Shown: piece after piece, positions 7,916 through 17,095 of the stretch
Numbering within the stretch: position 1 is the stretch's first letter
How the letters are laid out: every line of letters starts with the position of its first letter
NCBI GenBank assembly: GCA_023129115.1
Contig: JAGMCR010000009.1
Coordinates: 6,121 to 70,120 of the forward strand
From: Candidatus Iainarchaeum sp.
GTDB lineage: Archaea > B1Sed10-29 > WALL01
DNA: 64,000 bases
Direction of reading: 5' to 3'
The notes under the pieces: generated by a model
Seen by the model: only the letters and a program-made list of their open reading frames with translations
Told to the model about the DNA's origin: nothing
Database searches by the model: none
Program-made: the position numbers and the translations under genes

Positions 7916-9480
7916 AGCCCTGCCTCGAGCTGTGACTTTAGCTGGCCGAGCTTCTGGATTATTTCCTTGGTCTTGGCGAGGTTTTGCAGCGAGACTGAGG
8001 TCTCGAGCGACACCAGGCCGATGTCTGTTTTTGCGACGAGCAGGTTGAGTGCGGAGACGTCCTGCCCCGCTGCCTTGCCTGTGGTGATTTTGCTTTTGGC
8101 GCTGGCGAGCGTGTCCTTCAGGAAGTCGGCGACGTCCTTGCCAAGCTTTTGCCAGAGGGCTTTTGCGTCCTCTGGCGACGCCGCGGTGTTCAGCTTCTTC
8201 TCGAATCCGGTGAACGTGTCAAGCACGGCCTTGTCTGCCTCGCCTCCCTTCAGCGCCTTCCTGAGCTCCAGCATTTTGGTCCTGACGTCTTTTTGGGCGG
8301 GCGCCGCGGCGCGCCTCGGCTTTGCGGCCTTGCCCTCAAGCTGCTCGAACTCTTTCTCGAAGTCCTGCCTGGAGAGTGTCGCGAGCACGGCCTTGCGGAC
8401 CAGTTCTTTCATCCCGCGGTCGAATTCCACGAGCTGCTGCTGTGTCTCTAGGAGGTCGCGCTCCTGGCGCTGCAGCGACTCCACGCGGTCCGCGAGCATG
8501 CCCATGGTGCCGCTGAACTCGTCAATCCTTTTGCCGAAGTCCCTTGACTTGATTTCCTTTGCCAGCGCCGCGAGGTCTGTGCGGATGTCGTGGACCTCTT
8601 GTAGGTTTTCGGTGTTGCGCTCCCCCCACTCCACGAGCTTTGTCTGGAGGCCCAAGACGGACTCGTTTAGGGTGTTCAGCTCCACGCGCTCCTTCCCGAC
8701 CGCGGAGTAAAGGTCCTCGAACTCCTCGTTGTGCTTGACGATTGTCTTCTTGAGCTCCTCGAACTTGTCGATGGAGCCCGCGACCTGGCCCATCTGGCCC
8801 ATGGTGCGCTCCATTTCCTTCTTGAGCTTTTCGCCGACCTGGGCCTGGGACTCGATGGCGGCGACGCGCTTCAGGAGCGCGTTTAGCTCTTTGGCGTTGC
8901 TCATGCTTTCCTTGTGCCACGCCTCGAGCTCGGTCTTGAGGGTCCGGAGGAATTCCTCTCCCTCTTTGGTCTCGGCCGCCATCTTGCGCGGCGCGGCCTT
9001 GACCTCTTCCTTGAGTGACGTGAGCTCTTCGTCGTGCCGCTGGTCGGTGCTGTCGGACGACGCAGAGAGCTCCTCGAGCTTTTTCTGCAGCTCGATTATG
9101 CGTTCTTTTTCCGTCTGCAGCTTGGAAAGCTGCTCCTCGATGGCGGCCCTCGCCTCGGGGGCTGCCTGCGAAAGCGGGAGCTTTGCGAGTGTCTCCATTT
9201 GGGCCTGGAGCCTGGCGAGCTCTGCCTTTGTCTCCGGCGGCATCGTGGGCTTCTTGGCCGCCATCTGCTGGACCTTCGTGGCCAGGCCCGCAATCTCCTG
9301 CTGGAGCTCGGGGGGGATTGCAGTCTTCTGGGAAAGCAGCTCGAGCCGCTTGTTCAGCGCCGCGATTGAGGTCTGGTTCCTCTTGCTCTCGTCGTGCCAC
9401 TCCTGCAGCTCGTCCTTTATGGACTTGAGGGAGATGGCGAGCTTCTGCATCACTTGCGCCGTAGAAACGTCTTCTGGCAT
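7912..9480 (-). CDS. Long coiled-coil protein (522 aa), function unknown
   Basis: E/K/Q/L/A-rich throughout. It has three internal repeats of the type L..EL.EWH.ES..N...L.AL.KR. No enzymatic motif. Confidence 0.6.
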   Translation of the reverse strand: MPEDVSTAQVMQKLAISLKSIKDELQEWHDESKRNQTSIAALNKRLELLSQKTAIPPELQQEIAGLATKVQQMAAKKPTMPPETKAELARLQAQMETLAKLPLSQAAPEARAAIEEQLSKLQTEKERIIELQKKLEELSASSDSTDQRHDEELTSLKEEVKAAPRKMAAETKEGEEFLRTLKTELEAWHKESMSNAKELNALLKRVAAIESQAQVGEKLKKEMERTMGQMGQVAGSIDKFEELKKTIVKHNEEFEDLYSAVGKERVELNTLNESVLGLQTKLVEWGERNTENLQEVHDIRTDLAALAKEIKSRDFGKRIDEFSGTMGMLADRVESLQRQERDLLETQQQLVEFDRGMKELVRKAVLATLSRQDFEKEFEQLEGKAAKPRRAAAPAQKDVRTKMLELRKALKGGEADKAVLDTFTGFEKKLNTAASPEDAKALWQKLGKDVADFLKDTLASAKSKITTGKAAGQDVSALNLLVAKTDIGLVSLETSVSLQNLAKTKEIIQKLGQLKSQLEAGL

Positions 9481-9519
9481 CGAATCAGGGTAAGATAACC
9501 ACGGAGGGTTTATAAATAT

Positions 9520-10179
9520 TTACTTTCTAAGGCGGGAGAGCACCACAGCGATGCCTTTGGCCTCTCCGCCAGAGATAAAGGCGCGGGAGACCACGTTCCG
9601 GAACATTTTGACTGCATTCTCGGGGTTGCGGAGGCCGCTTGACTCGGCGGCCCCGGTGAACAGGCGGACAAGGGTTTTCTTCTCCATCCTGTCGGACTGG
9701 CGGCGCGTGCTGGCTTTGGAGGAAAAGAGCTCGTAGAAGACGATGGCGGCGGCGTGGGTGATGTTCATGACGCGGTAGCCCGGGCACTCGATGTGGACCA
9801 CGGTGTCGCACGCGCGGAGCTCTTTGTTGGTGAGGCCGCGGGACTCGCGGCCGAACACGAGGGCGTAACGGCCTTTCGCGCGGGCAGAGGCGAGCTCGCG
9901 GGGAGTGAGGTAGGAGCGGGTGGTGTTGTTGTCCGTGCTTGGCTTCGCGGTTGTGGCGATTACCTCGTCGAACCCGGTGACGGCTTCGGAAAATGTTTTT
10001 ACGGTGCGGGCCTTCTCGAGTATTTTGGTGGAGTGCATGGCGCGGGCGCGGGTCATGGCAGTCATGTCGCATGGGTTCACTAGGACCAGGTCGGAAAGGG
10101 AGAAGTTGTTCATGGCCCGGGCTACGAATCCGATTGTGCCGGGGTTTTCTGGTTCAACAAGTATGATTGTCCAACTCAT
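9520..10179 (-). CDS. SPOUT (TrmH/SpoU, TrmJ-like) RNA 2'-O-methyltransferase
   Basis: MSWTIILVEPENPGTIGFVARAMNNF... and FGRESRGLT...NITHAAAIVFYE are SpoU motifs. I start at ATG 10179. The 30 upstream codons in the track ORF are translated hairpin element. Confidence 0.75.
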   Translation of the reverse strand: MSWTIILVEPENPGTIGFVARAMNNFSLSDLVLVNPCDMTAMTRARAMHSTKILEKARTVKTFSEAVTGFDEVIATTAKPSTDNNTTRSYLTPRELASARAKGRYALVFGRESRGLTNKELRACDTVVHIECPGYRVMNITHAAAIVFYELFSSKASTRRQSDRMEKKTLVRLFTGAAESSGLRNPENAVKMFRNVVSRAFISGGEAKGIAVVLSRLRK

Positions 10180-10184
10180 CCAGC

Positions 10185-10250
10185 TGCCTCTCTTAAGGGG
10201 GGCTACGCCAATTGGCGTAGCCCCCCAAGTTGTGGGGATTAACCCCCATA
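10185..10250 (+). repeat. G-run hairpin mini-element, copy e
   Basis: TGCCTCT-cttaa- followed by the perfect 30-nt palindrome GGGGGGCTACGCCAATTGGCGTAGCCCCCC (10197-10226), then AAGT. A small second hairpin TGGGG-attaac-CCCCA follows at 10233-10248. The 3' boundary is uncertain. Confidence 0.7.
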
Positions 10251-10305
10251 GTACGCGGCACAAAAGCACCTAGATTTTTATACTCATAGCTTGTATTCCA
10301 CCTCA

Positions 10306-11637
10306 ATGAAAAGGATTGCGGTAATGCTCTTGCTGCTTTTGGCTGTGGCAGCGGCAGAAGAAGTGTCACTGAACCGCGCCGCCACGCTCGCGGTCGTGGA
10401 ATTCCCCAACCTCGAGACCCAGCCCCAGAGCATTCCCAGCCAGCTCGCCGTCACCGATAGCGGGAGCTACTGGATAGTCGAGTTCGACGGCACGTGGGTG
10501 CCGGTCACGCGCGAGGGCGAGGTGCTGAAGGAAGAGGAAGAAGAGATAAAGGCCGCGTACCGCGTGCACTACGCGCTCAAGAAGGTGGTGGAGCAGCGCG
10601 ACTCCGACCAGTACCCCACCACCAAGGACATGTCGCTCACGCTTATGCTCGGCGACATCGAGGGCAAGGAGACCTACCTCGTGTCGTACCGCAGCCAGCT
10701 CCCAACAGAGCTGCAGGGCGACGCCGACGAACTGGTTGCGGCGGCGCAGGCGCTCAAGGCCTCGGTACAGGGCTCCATCAACGCCATAACCATGCTGCGC
10801 GCCAGGGAAAATGAAGTGCTGTACAGCCCAGCGGACTACGCGGCGTTCGAGTCGTGGCGCGGGGACTTCAACTCCCTGATGAGTTCGTTCCAGCAGGTCG
10901 CGGCAAAGGGCTATGCCTACGACGACGGGCGGACCGCGTTTAATTTGGCGGCGCAGGACTTCCTGAACCAGAGCACTGACGCCACCGAGAACCAAATCGT
11001 GCAGGCGTTCGCGAGCGGAATCTCGATATCCAACATTCCAGGGTCACTGCCCGGGCTCGAGGGCACGGTCAGCCAGTGGAAGGTGAACTGGCTCGACGTA
11101 ACCCTCACGGACGCGAAGATAAACAAGAGCGTGGGAGAGATTTACATAATTTACCAGGAGTTCTACAGCGGCGAGACAGTGGACGTGCTCCAGCAGCAGG
11201 CCTACGAAAAGGTGCAGGGCCTAGCGGTCACCGTGCCGCTGATTGTGGGCGACCTGATGCAGTGCGAGGACGACCTCAGCGCCAGGGAGCAGACCGACCT
11301 CCACGAGCTGAACGAGACGTACGAGAGGGCGGTGAAGAGCTACAACGAGGGCGCGGACTGGGAGCGGGCGCGCGAGGACGGGAAGGCCAGGACCGCGTAC
11401 CTCAACGCCGTGAGCTATGCCGAGGACGCGGCCGAGCTGGAGGCCGGGCTCAGGGACGTCGAGTGCCCCAGGGCCACGCCGAAGCCCCCGGGCGGCGACA
11501 CGCTCATGGACTTCCTCACGTCTGGGTGGGGCATCGCGTTCATTGTCCTGGTGCTGCTGCTGGTCGGGCTCTACGTGTGGAACAGCAGGAAAAAGGAGGA
11601 GACGTACGATGAAGGCGAATATGTTCCTGATTGGTAG
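10306..11637 (+). CDS. Secreted, C-terminally membrane-anchored protein, function unknown
   Basis: Signal-peptide-like MKRIAVMLLLLLAVAAA and a C-terminal TM helix GIAFIVLVLLLVGLYVW. A TATA-like TTTTTATAC box lies about 25 nt upstream of ATG 10306. Confidence 0.6.
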   Translation: MKRIAVMLLLLLAVAAAEEVSLNRAATLAVVEFPNLETQPQSIPSQLAVTDSGSYWIVEFDGTWVPVTREGEVLKEEEEEIKAAYRVHYALKKVVEQRDSDQYPTTKDMSLTLMLGDIEGKETYLVSYRSQLPTELQGDADELVAAAQALKASVQGSINAITMLRARENEVLYSPADYAAFESWRGDFNSLMSSFQQVAAKGYAYDDGRTAFNLAAQDFLNQSTDATENQIVQAFASGISISNIPGSLPGLEGTVSQWKVNWLDVTLTDAKINKSVGEIYIIYQEFYSGETVDVLQQQAYEKVQGLAVTVPLIVGDLMQCEDDLSAREQTDLHELNETYERAVKSYNEGADWERAREDGKARTAYLNAVSYAEDAAELEAGLRDVECPRATPKPPGGDTLMDFLTSGWGIAFIVLVLLLVGLYVWNSRKKEETYDEGEYVPDW

Positions 11638-12328
11638 CATTCTGCTGATGGCGATGGCTTGCGCGGCGTCATTGGACGTCCAGGGCAGGCACGTCTTTGA
11701 GGGAGAGGAATTCGCTGTGGTGTACTCCGCGAGCGCGCCAATCTCGCAGCACGAGGTATCGATTGCGTTCGCGGACCAGACGCGTACCATCACCCTGCCC
11801 ACGGCGCCGACCGGGACTTACTCCAACACGATTACGTTCACGGCGCCGCAGAAGGGAACGTACGAAGTCGTGTCCGGCGAGGCCAAAGCGGTTGTGGAAG
11901 TGGAGCCCGCGCTGCTCGTGCTCGAGGACGTGAGGATTAGCCCGGAGTCCGTGTCGCCGGGCGAGGCGGCGAGGCTGGGGTACACGGTGCGGAATGATGG
12001 GGACATGGCGGTCTACAACGTGAAGAGCCGCGTCGGCCTCTCGTCGGACAGGTTCGACTACAACGCTGACGAGCAGGAGCTCTTCAGCACGATGGCGCCC
12101 GGCGAGCAAATAGGGCAGGTCAAGGAAATCCGCGCGAGGCAAAACGCCGGGGGCGAGGCCAGGATACAGGTCGTCGTGAGCTATGAGTACGACGGCGAAA
12201 CGCACACGCGGGAAGAGTGGGCAACGCTCAGCGTATCCTCAATGGACTTGGGAATGATTGTGGCCGGGGTGCTGGTCGTGGTTGCAGCCTTCCTCGTTTT
12301 CTCAAAGTCAAAGAAGGCCGGCGAGTGA
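11609..12328 (+). CDS. Cell-surface protein with signal peptide, beta-rich (CARDB-like) region and C-terminal TM anchor
   Basis: I start at MKANMFLIGSILLMAMACAA (ATG 11609), which overlaps the previous gene's end. The upstream part of the track ORF is Arg-rich out-of-frame overlap. The CARDB-like call is tentative. Confidence 0.55.
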   Translation: MKANMFLIGSILLMAMACAASLDVQGRHVFEGEEFAVVYSASAPISQHEVSIAFADQTRTITLPTAPTGTYSNTITFTAPQKGTYEVVSGEAKAVVEVEPALLVLEDVRISPESVSPGEAARLGYTVRNDGDMAVYNVKSRVGLSSDRFDYNADEQELFSTMAPGEQIGQVKEIRARQNAGGEARIQVVVSYEYDGETHTREEWATLSVSSMDLGMIVAGVLVVVAAFLVFSKSKKAGE

Positions 12329-12883
12329 GCCGTCGCACGACGGGCTGCTGAGGTCTGCCTTCCCGTCCGACAGGGGGTAGAGGCAGTTCATGGTCAGCCC
12401 AGGTTTGATTGCCGGGTTTGAGGACTCAAGTGCCTTGACGAAGACCTGGCAGTAAGTGCCCTGGTTGGTTATTTCGTAGGAGTAGGCCATGCCGCGGTAA
12501 GAGCTTTTGTGCCTGCCCTCCACGCAGTCAATCGTCTTTTGGACGCAGAACGTGTCGTCGCCGCAGTCCTGCTCGCCCGAGAGCGCGAAGGCAGCGAAGG
12601 AGGCGGCCGCGATGAGGACGAGCACGGCGACGAAGGCCAAGAAGATTAGGGGGAAGTTTATTTTTTTCTTGGGCTTGGCGTAAACAATGGCTTCGGCGCG
12701 AGAAACGATTTTTTCGGTGTCCTGGAAGCTGTAGCCCTGGCCCCGGAGGAGGGACTTTATGGTGCCCCGCTTCTTGCCGGTGCGCAGGAGCTCGGCGGCA
12801 TTGTCGATTGCCGCGTCATTGATTTCCTTTTTTGATGACTCTTCGACCTCGCCGAACTTGCTGAGGTCCACTACCTCGCCCAT
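12308..12883 (-). CDS. Membrane protein with small cytoplasmic helical N-domain, one TM helix and a Cys-rich extracellular domain
   Basis: TM segment FPLIFLAFVAVLVLIAAASFAAFAL. Its 3' end overlaps the convergent gene by 21 nt. Confidence 0.5.
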   Translation of the reverse strand: MGEVVDLSKFGEVEESSKKEINDAAIDNAAELLRTGKKRGTIKSLLRGQGYSFQDTEKIVSRAEAIVYAKPKKKINFPLIFLAFVAVLVLIAAASFAAFALSGEQDCGDDTFCVQKTIDCVEGRHKSSYRGMAYSYEITNQGTYCQVFVKALESSNPAIKPGLTMNCLYPLSDGKADLSSPSCDGSLAGLL

Positions 12884-12916
12884 AGGGTCACAGATAGGCG
12901 GAAGGAGTTTATAAAA

Positions 12917-14011
12917 TCAGCGCTTCAGGTGGAGCTCCAGCACGTCGCTGTCGAGGAGCAGGTGGTTCGCGCCGACGGTTTGCCCGTCGAACCTCGCGCT
13001 CTTGCCCCAGACCTTGGCGTACTGGAAGCGCGTTGCCCACTCCCTGCGGATTTTTCTGCAGGCGCCGAGGACGGTGTGGTTCTTCTTGAGGATGAGTGGC
13101 TCGTCATAGTCAGGCGCGGCACCGATTCTTTTCATGTAGACGCGGATTATGCCAAGGCGCTTGAGTATTTCCTCTCGGAGGGCACCAAGATTTTCAGCCG
13201 TCTCGGCCGAGATGGGGAGGGAGCCGGCGGCCTCCTTCTGCAGTGCCGCGATTTCTTTCTTGCCGAGTGAATCGATTTTGTTGATGACGACCAGGGCCGG
13301 GACGTACTTCCGGTTGCCGGTGATTGCGTCGATGAGCTGGTCGACTGTGACGTCCTGCCGCATGACCACGTCCGCGTTGTGGATGCCGTACTCGTGGAAG
13401 ATGTCCTTGGCGAACTTCTCGGTCAAGTGGGTGAGCTTGCACGACGCGACAAAGTGCACTCCCCCGCTGATTTTTTTCCTTATCGTGACGTTGGGGGGGC
13501 GCCCGTTGAGGCGGAGGTTCGCGGTGTAGAGCTCGTCAAAAATCACTTTGAGCTGGCCCGGCTTGTCAATCATGGCGAGCACCAGGTCCGCGTTGCGGAC
13601 CACGCTAAGGATTTCCCTGCCGCGGCCCTTGCCCTCGGACGCGCCGCTGATGATTCCGGGCACGTCAAGGAGCTGGATTTTTGCGCCCTTGTACTGCATG
13701 AGGCCGGGGATTACGTTAATGGTGGTGAACTCGTAGGCAGCGACCTTGGACTCGGCGTTCGTCAATTGGTTGAGGAGGGTGCTTTTGCCGACTGATGGGA
13801 AGCCGACGAAGAGCACGGTCGCGTCGCCGGTTTTTCTGACGGCGTATGACGGGCCGGAGTGGCTCGACTTCTTGGCGGCGACTTCCTGGCCCGCCTTGAG
13901 CTTCGCTATCTTTGCCTTGACCAAGCCGATGTGGTGCTGCGTGCGCTTGTTGTACTTGGTCTTCTGCAGCTCTTCCTCGAGCTCCGCGATTTTTTCTGCT
14001 ATTGTACCCAT
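12917..14011 (-). CDS. DRG/Obg-family GTP-binding protein with C-terminal TGS domain
   Basis: G1 motif GFPSVGKST, G3 DVPGII and G4 NKID. The overall layout matches archaeal DRG (Rbg) proteins. Confidence 0.8.
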   Translation of the reverse strand: MGTIAEKIAELEEELQKTKYNKRTQHHIGLVKAKIAKLKAGQEVAAKKSSHSGPSYAVRKTGDATVLFVGFPSVGKSTLLNQLTNAESKVAAYEFTTINVIPGLMQYKGAKIQLLDVPGIISGASEGKGRGREILSVVRNADLVLAMIDKPGQLKVIFDELYTANLRLNGRPPNVTIRKKISGGVHFVASCKLTHLTEKFAKDIFHEYGIHNADVVMRQDVTVDQLIDAITGNRKYVPALVVINKIDSLGKKEIAALQKEAAGSLPISAETAENLGALREEILKRLGIIRVYMKRIGAAPDYDEPLILKKNHTVLGACRKIRREWATRFQYAKVWGKSARFDGQTVGANHLLLDSDVLELHLKR

Positions 14012-14511
14012 GCCCTGAACACCACTAGTTCCTCGGTCATTATTGACGTCGAAGAGACTATTTCGTGCCTGTAGCCCAGTTGCGAGAGCAGTTGCTTCGT
14101 CTTTTCAATGCTCGTGATTGAGCTCTGGACGAAGAGTATTTGCCCGCCCGGGGTTAAATAATGTTTTGCCTCTGCGAGGAAGCGGGTGAGCAGCTCAATG
14201 CCTGTGGGGCCGCCGTCCAGCGCTGGGTCCCGGGGCTCGGCGTCCGGCAGGTAGGGGGGGTTGAAGACTATGGTGTCGAACCTTCCGGTGATGTCTTCGA
14301 AGAGGTCGGACTGGATTGCGTTGACTCCCTGGGCTTTGGCTGCGGCGACTGCCTCGGGGTCGATGTCACAGGCGAGGGTTGGGAGGCCCTTGGACAGGGC
14401 GGCCTTGGCCTGGATGCCGCTCCCGGTGCCGACGTCAAGGACTCGGCCGTGGGCGTGTCGCTTGACTGCTTGCTTGAGGAGGAGCGAGTCCTCCCTTGGC
14501 TCGTACACCAT
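13999..14511 (-). CDS. HemK/Mtq2-type N5-glutamine methyltransferase (release-factor methylase)
   Basis: SAM motif VLDVGTGSGI and the catalytic NPPY motif (FNPPYLP). Confidence 0.75.
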   Translation of the reverse strand: MVYEPREDSLLLKQAVKRHAHGRVLDVGTGSGIQAKAALSKGLPTLACDIDPEAVAAAKAQGVNAIQSDLFEDITGRFDTIVFNPPYLPDAEPRDPALDGGPTGIELLTRFLAEAKHYLTPGGQILFVQSSITSIEKTKQLLSQLGYRHEIVSSTSIMTEELVVFRAWVQ

Positions 14512-14512
14512 G

Positions 14513-15250
14513 CTAAAACGGGAGGGCGCCGAAGGCCATCGTGCCGACGAGCGTCGCGAGGATGGCGGAGAAGACCACCAGCACTATGACCGCGCCGAGG
14601 GAGAGCACGAGTGACGGCAGCACGACAGAGGCGCCGGCCCTCATCAGGTCGAACTGGTGCACCTCGGACGTCACGGCTATCTGAAGCCAGAGGATATACA
14701 ACCAGAGCAGGAGAAGGACAATTGCCTCTATCCAGAGTAGGACGACTGCGAGGATTGAGACCAGCGGCATCAGCACCGAGGCCAGGAGGGTGAGCAGCCC
14801 TATAATGAGTGAGGACAGGATGAAGCAGAGCGTGAGGGGGTAGGCCATCACGCCGAAGTGGGTGCCGTAGTCGGCCTGGCCGCCCAACAGCTTCGCGGTC
14901 CCCCAAATCAGGCCGTACCAGACAATCAAGATGATGATGAGTGCGATTATGGCCGGGAGGAAGACGATGACGTAGATGATTACCCCGAGAATCGATTCAA
15001 TGGCTGCAGTGATTAGGTCTGCTGTCGTGCCACTCACGAAGAGGTTGACGAGCGAGCCCAGGAGCTTGCCAATCGCCATGAGCATTACGCCGATTAAGCC
15101 AGCGATGAACCCAAAAAGCGTCACCAGCTTGACGCCTGAGCCTAGGTTTGCCTTGCGGACGACCCGGCGCGCGCCCATCCGCGGCCGGAAAAGAAGCATC
15201 CTGAAGTCGTTAAATTTTTCGTTGAAGTATTGAACCACACCCATGCGCAT
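14513..15250 (-). CDS. Multi-pass membrane protein, Yip1-like
   Basis: About 5 hydrophobic helices after a short cytoplasmic N-terminus. The family call is tentative. Confidence 0.5.
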   Translation of the reverse strand: MRMGVVQYFNEKFNDFRMLLFRPRMGARRVVRKANLGSGVKLVTLFGFIAGLIGVMLMAIGKLLGSLVNLFVSGTTADLITAAIESILGVIIYVIVFLPAIIALIIILIVWYGLIWGTAKLLGGQADYGTHFGVMAYPLTLCFILSSLIIGLLTLLASVLMPLVSILAVVLLWIEAIVLLLLWLYILWLQIAVTSEVHQFDLMRAGASVVLPSLVLSLGAVIVLVVFSAILATLVGTMAFGALPF

Positions 15251-15259
15251 CTCCAGTAT

Positions 15260-15862
15260 CTATTTTTGTGCAATGGCGTTTAAAACCTTTTCGTGGTCTG
15301 AGCCCTCGCGGAGAATCTCAGGGGTGTCCCGGAGGTCGAGGACGGTCGACGATGCGCCGGCTATTTCTCCGGCGTCGATGTAGAGCTCGACCAGGTCGCC
15401 GAAGTAGCGGTATGCTTCTTCTGCTGTGGTCGCGGCCTCTTCGCCCGCCGGGTTGGCCGAAGTGGCGGTGATTGGCTTGTTGAACGACTCAACTATCTCG
15501 GCGGCGAGGGGGTTCAGCGGCAGGCGGAAGCCAATGCCGCTTGGGGAGAGGTTCTTCGCGAAGCCCCTGCCCTCGAGGACAACCGTGACCTTGCCGGGGA
15601 GGAGCTGCTTGAGGATGGCCTCCTGCTCGGGAGTCACTTCGGCGTAGGCCTTTAGCATCCTGAAGCTCGAGACCATAACGCTTATGGGCTGCTCGGGGTC
15701 GCGCTTTTTCAGGGTGAATATTTGCCGGACGCAGTCGTGGCGCGTCGCGTCCGCGCCGATGGCGTAGAGCGTGTCTGTTGGGTATACAGCCATCATTCCC
15801 CCGTCTAGCACGGAGACTGCGCGCTCGACTATGCCGGGTGAGTCCGCCTTGAGTATTGCCAT
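15260..15862 (-). CDS. L-threonylcarbamoyladenylate synthase (Sua5/YrdC/TsaC family)
   Basis: YPTDTLYAIGADA and the TATSANPAGE motif are typical of the YrdC domain. Confidence 0.75.
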   Translation of the reverse strand: MAILKADSPGIVERAVSVLDGGMMAVYPTDTLYAIGADATRHDCVRQIFTLKKRDPEQPISVMVSSFRMLKAYAEVTPEQEAILKQLLPGKVTVVLEGRGFAKNLSPSGIGFRLPLNPLAAEIVESFNKPITATSANPAGEEAATTAEEAYRYFGDLVELYIDAGEIAGASSTVLDLRDTPEILREGSDHEKVLNAIAQK

Positions 15863-15875
15863 TCCGATTCTCCCC

Positions 15876-16529
15876 TTATTGCCTGCCGGGCCTGCCGGTG
15901 AAATAGATGCCGACGGCCACTGATATTATGGCAAAAGTGATTAGCCCGAGGCTTTGGAGCAGGAGGATGACGCCCTGGTTCAGGTCCGTGAAGTCGAGGG
16001 AGATTACCTGGGGCGCTATTGAGATGAGGACGTAGAGGATTACAGCGATGCCGAAGAAGAGGAAGAACATGGACGCGATGAGCCTCCACTGGCTCGGCCC
16101 GCCGAGGAGTGAGTCAATGTCCAGGCGGTTCAGCTTCTGTGCCTCCGCGAGCCTGAGGTTTTCCTCCCGCATTTTCTTTACGGCGAGGGTCATGTCCGTG
16201 CTCTTTTCGTTGACGGTCTTGGCGAACTCGCCGAATCTCGTCTCGGACCCGGCGAGCATGTCCTTTTTCACGGACTCCATCTTTTTCTCGAGCGCTTTTG
16301 CCACCATGGAGTCGATGATGTCCTGGCTCTTCTGTATGCGCTCGGCGATGAACGTGTTCATCTCGCGCTTGAATTTGGAGTAGACGTCCTTGTCCGCGAC
16401 CTGCATTATCCTTTTTACCTGGTCGTCGGTGAGGCCCAGCTGCCGCAGGTTGTCAACAATCTTGTCGTCGCTGAAGCCCTCGGCCCTCATGTCCGCGACT
16501 ATCTGCAGAATCTTTGGCTTTTCCGCCAT
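15876..16529 (-). CDS. Membrane protein with cytoplasmic helical/coiled-coil N-domain, function unknown
   Basis: I start at MAEKPKIL (ATG 16529), about 25 nt downstream of a TATA-like box TTTAAATA on the minus strand. It has two C-terminal TM helices. Confidence 0.5.
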   Translation of the reverse strand: MAEKPKILQIVADMRAEGFSDDKIVDNLRQLGLTDDQVKRIMQVADKDVYSKFKREMNTFIAERIQKSQDIIDSMVAKALEKKMESVKKDMLAGSETRFGEFAKTVNEKSTDMTLAVKKMREENLRLAEAQKLNRLDIDSLLGGPSQWRLIASMFFLFFGIAVILYVLISIAPQVISLDFTDLNQGVILLLQSLGLITFAIISVAVGIYFTGRPGRQ

Positions 16530-16570
16530 AACGCCAACCATTATAAAGCGAGGGTATTTAAAGTTATTCG

Positions 16571-17044
16571 ATGGATTTTGAGCTGCCGTCACTGCCGAAA
16601 TCGGTCGTTTTCAACTCCGCGGTACTCGCAGCCATAGCACTTTCCGCCATCATCGCAATCGTTTTGCTGTGGCAGTTCCTTCCAACTTTTCTGGAAGAAG
16701 AAATAATATTGAACCCTGCCGGCGAGCTCAAGGCGAACTTTACTTACCTTAGGGCTGTCTCGCCCGGCGAGGAGTGGCAGGTCAATGGCACCCTCAGGAA
16801 CCCCAGCGCCGAGAGGCTGAACAACATAACCATCCGGCTGGTCTCGGACAGCAACATAGAGGGCGCCGAATACTTCATCCCCTCCATCGGGCCCAAGCAG
16901 ATGGAAGAGTTCGTTCTGGACGCGAGGATACGGGCGGCCGCGTTCGAGGGCGAGGGGACTGCGCAAGTCGCTGTGAAGGTCGGCGACGAGCCATCGAAGG
17001 CCTACGAGATGCCTATACTCATAACCCGTGAATCAGACGATTGA
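16571..17044 (+). CDS. Membrane-anchored extracellular protein, function unknown
   Basis: N-terminal TM anchor VVFNSAVLAAIALSAIIAIVLLW followed by a beta-rich domain. Confidence 0.5.
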   Translation: MDFELPSLPKSVVFNSAVLAAIALSAIIAIVLLWQFLPTFLEEEIILNPAGELKANFTYLRAVSPGEEWQVNGTLRNPSAERLNNITIRLVSDSNIEGAEYFIPSIGPKQMEEFVLDARIRAAAFEGEGTAQVAVKVGDEPSKAYEMPILITRESDD

Positions 17045-17061
17045 CGAAGATATATACGATA

Positions 17062-17071
17062 ATTATTTAAA
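17062..17071 (+). promoter_or_regulatory. TATA-like box upstream of the HTH regulator / mevalonate-entry gene cluster
   Basis: ATTATTTAAA lies about 29 nt upstream of ATG 17096. Confidence 0.4.
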
Positions 17072-17095
17072 CATTTCCGTTCTAAACCCATTCTT

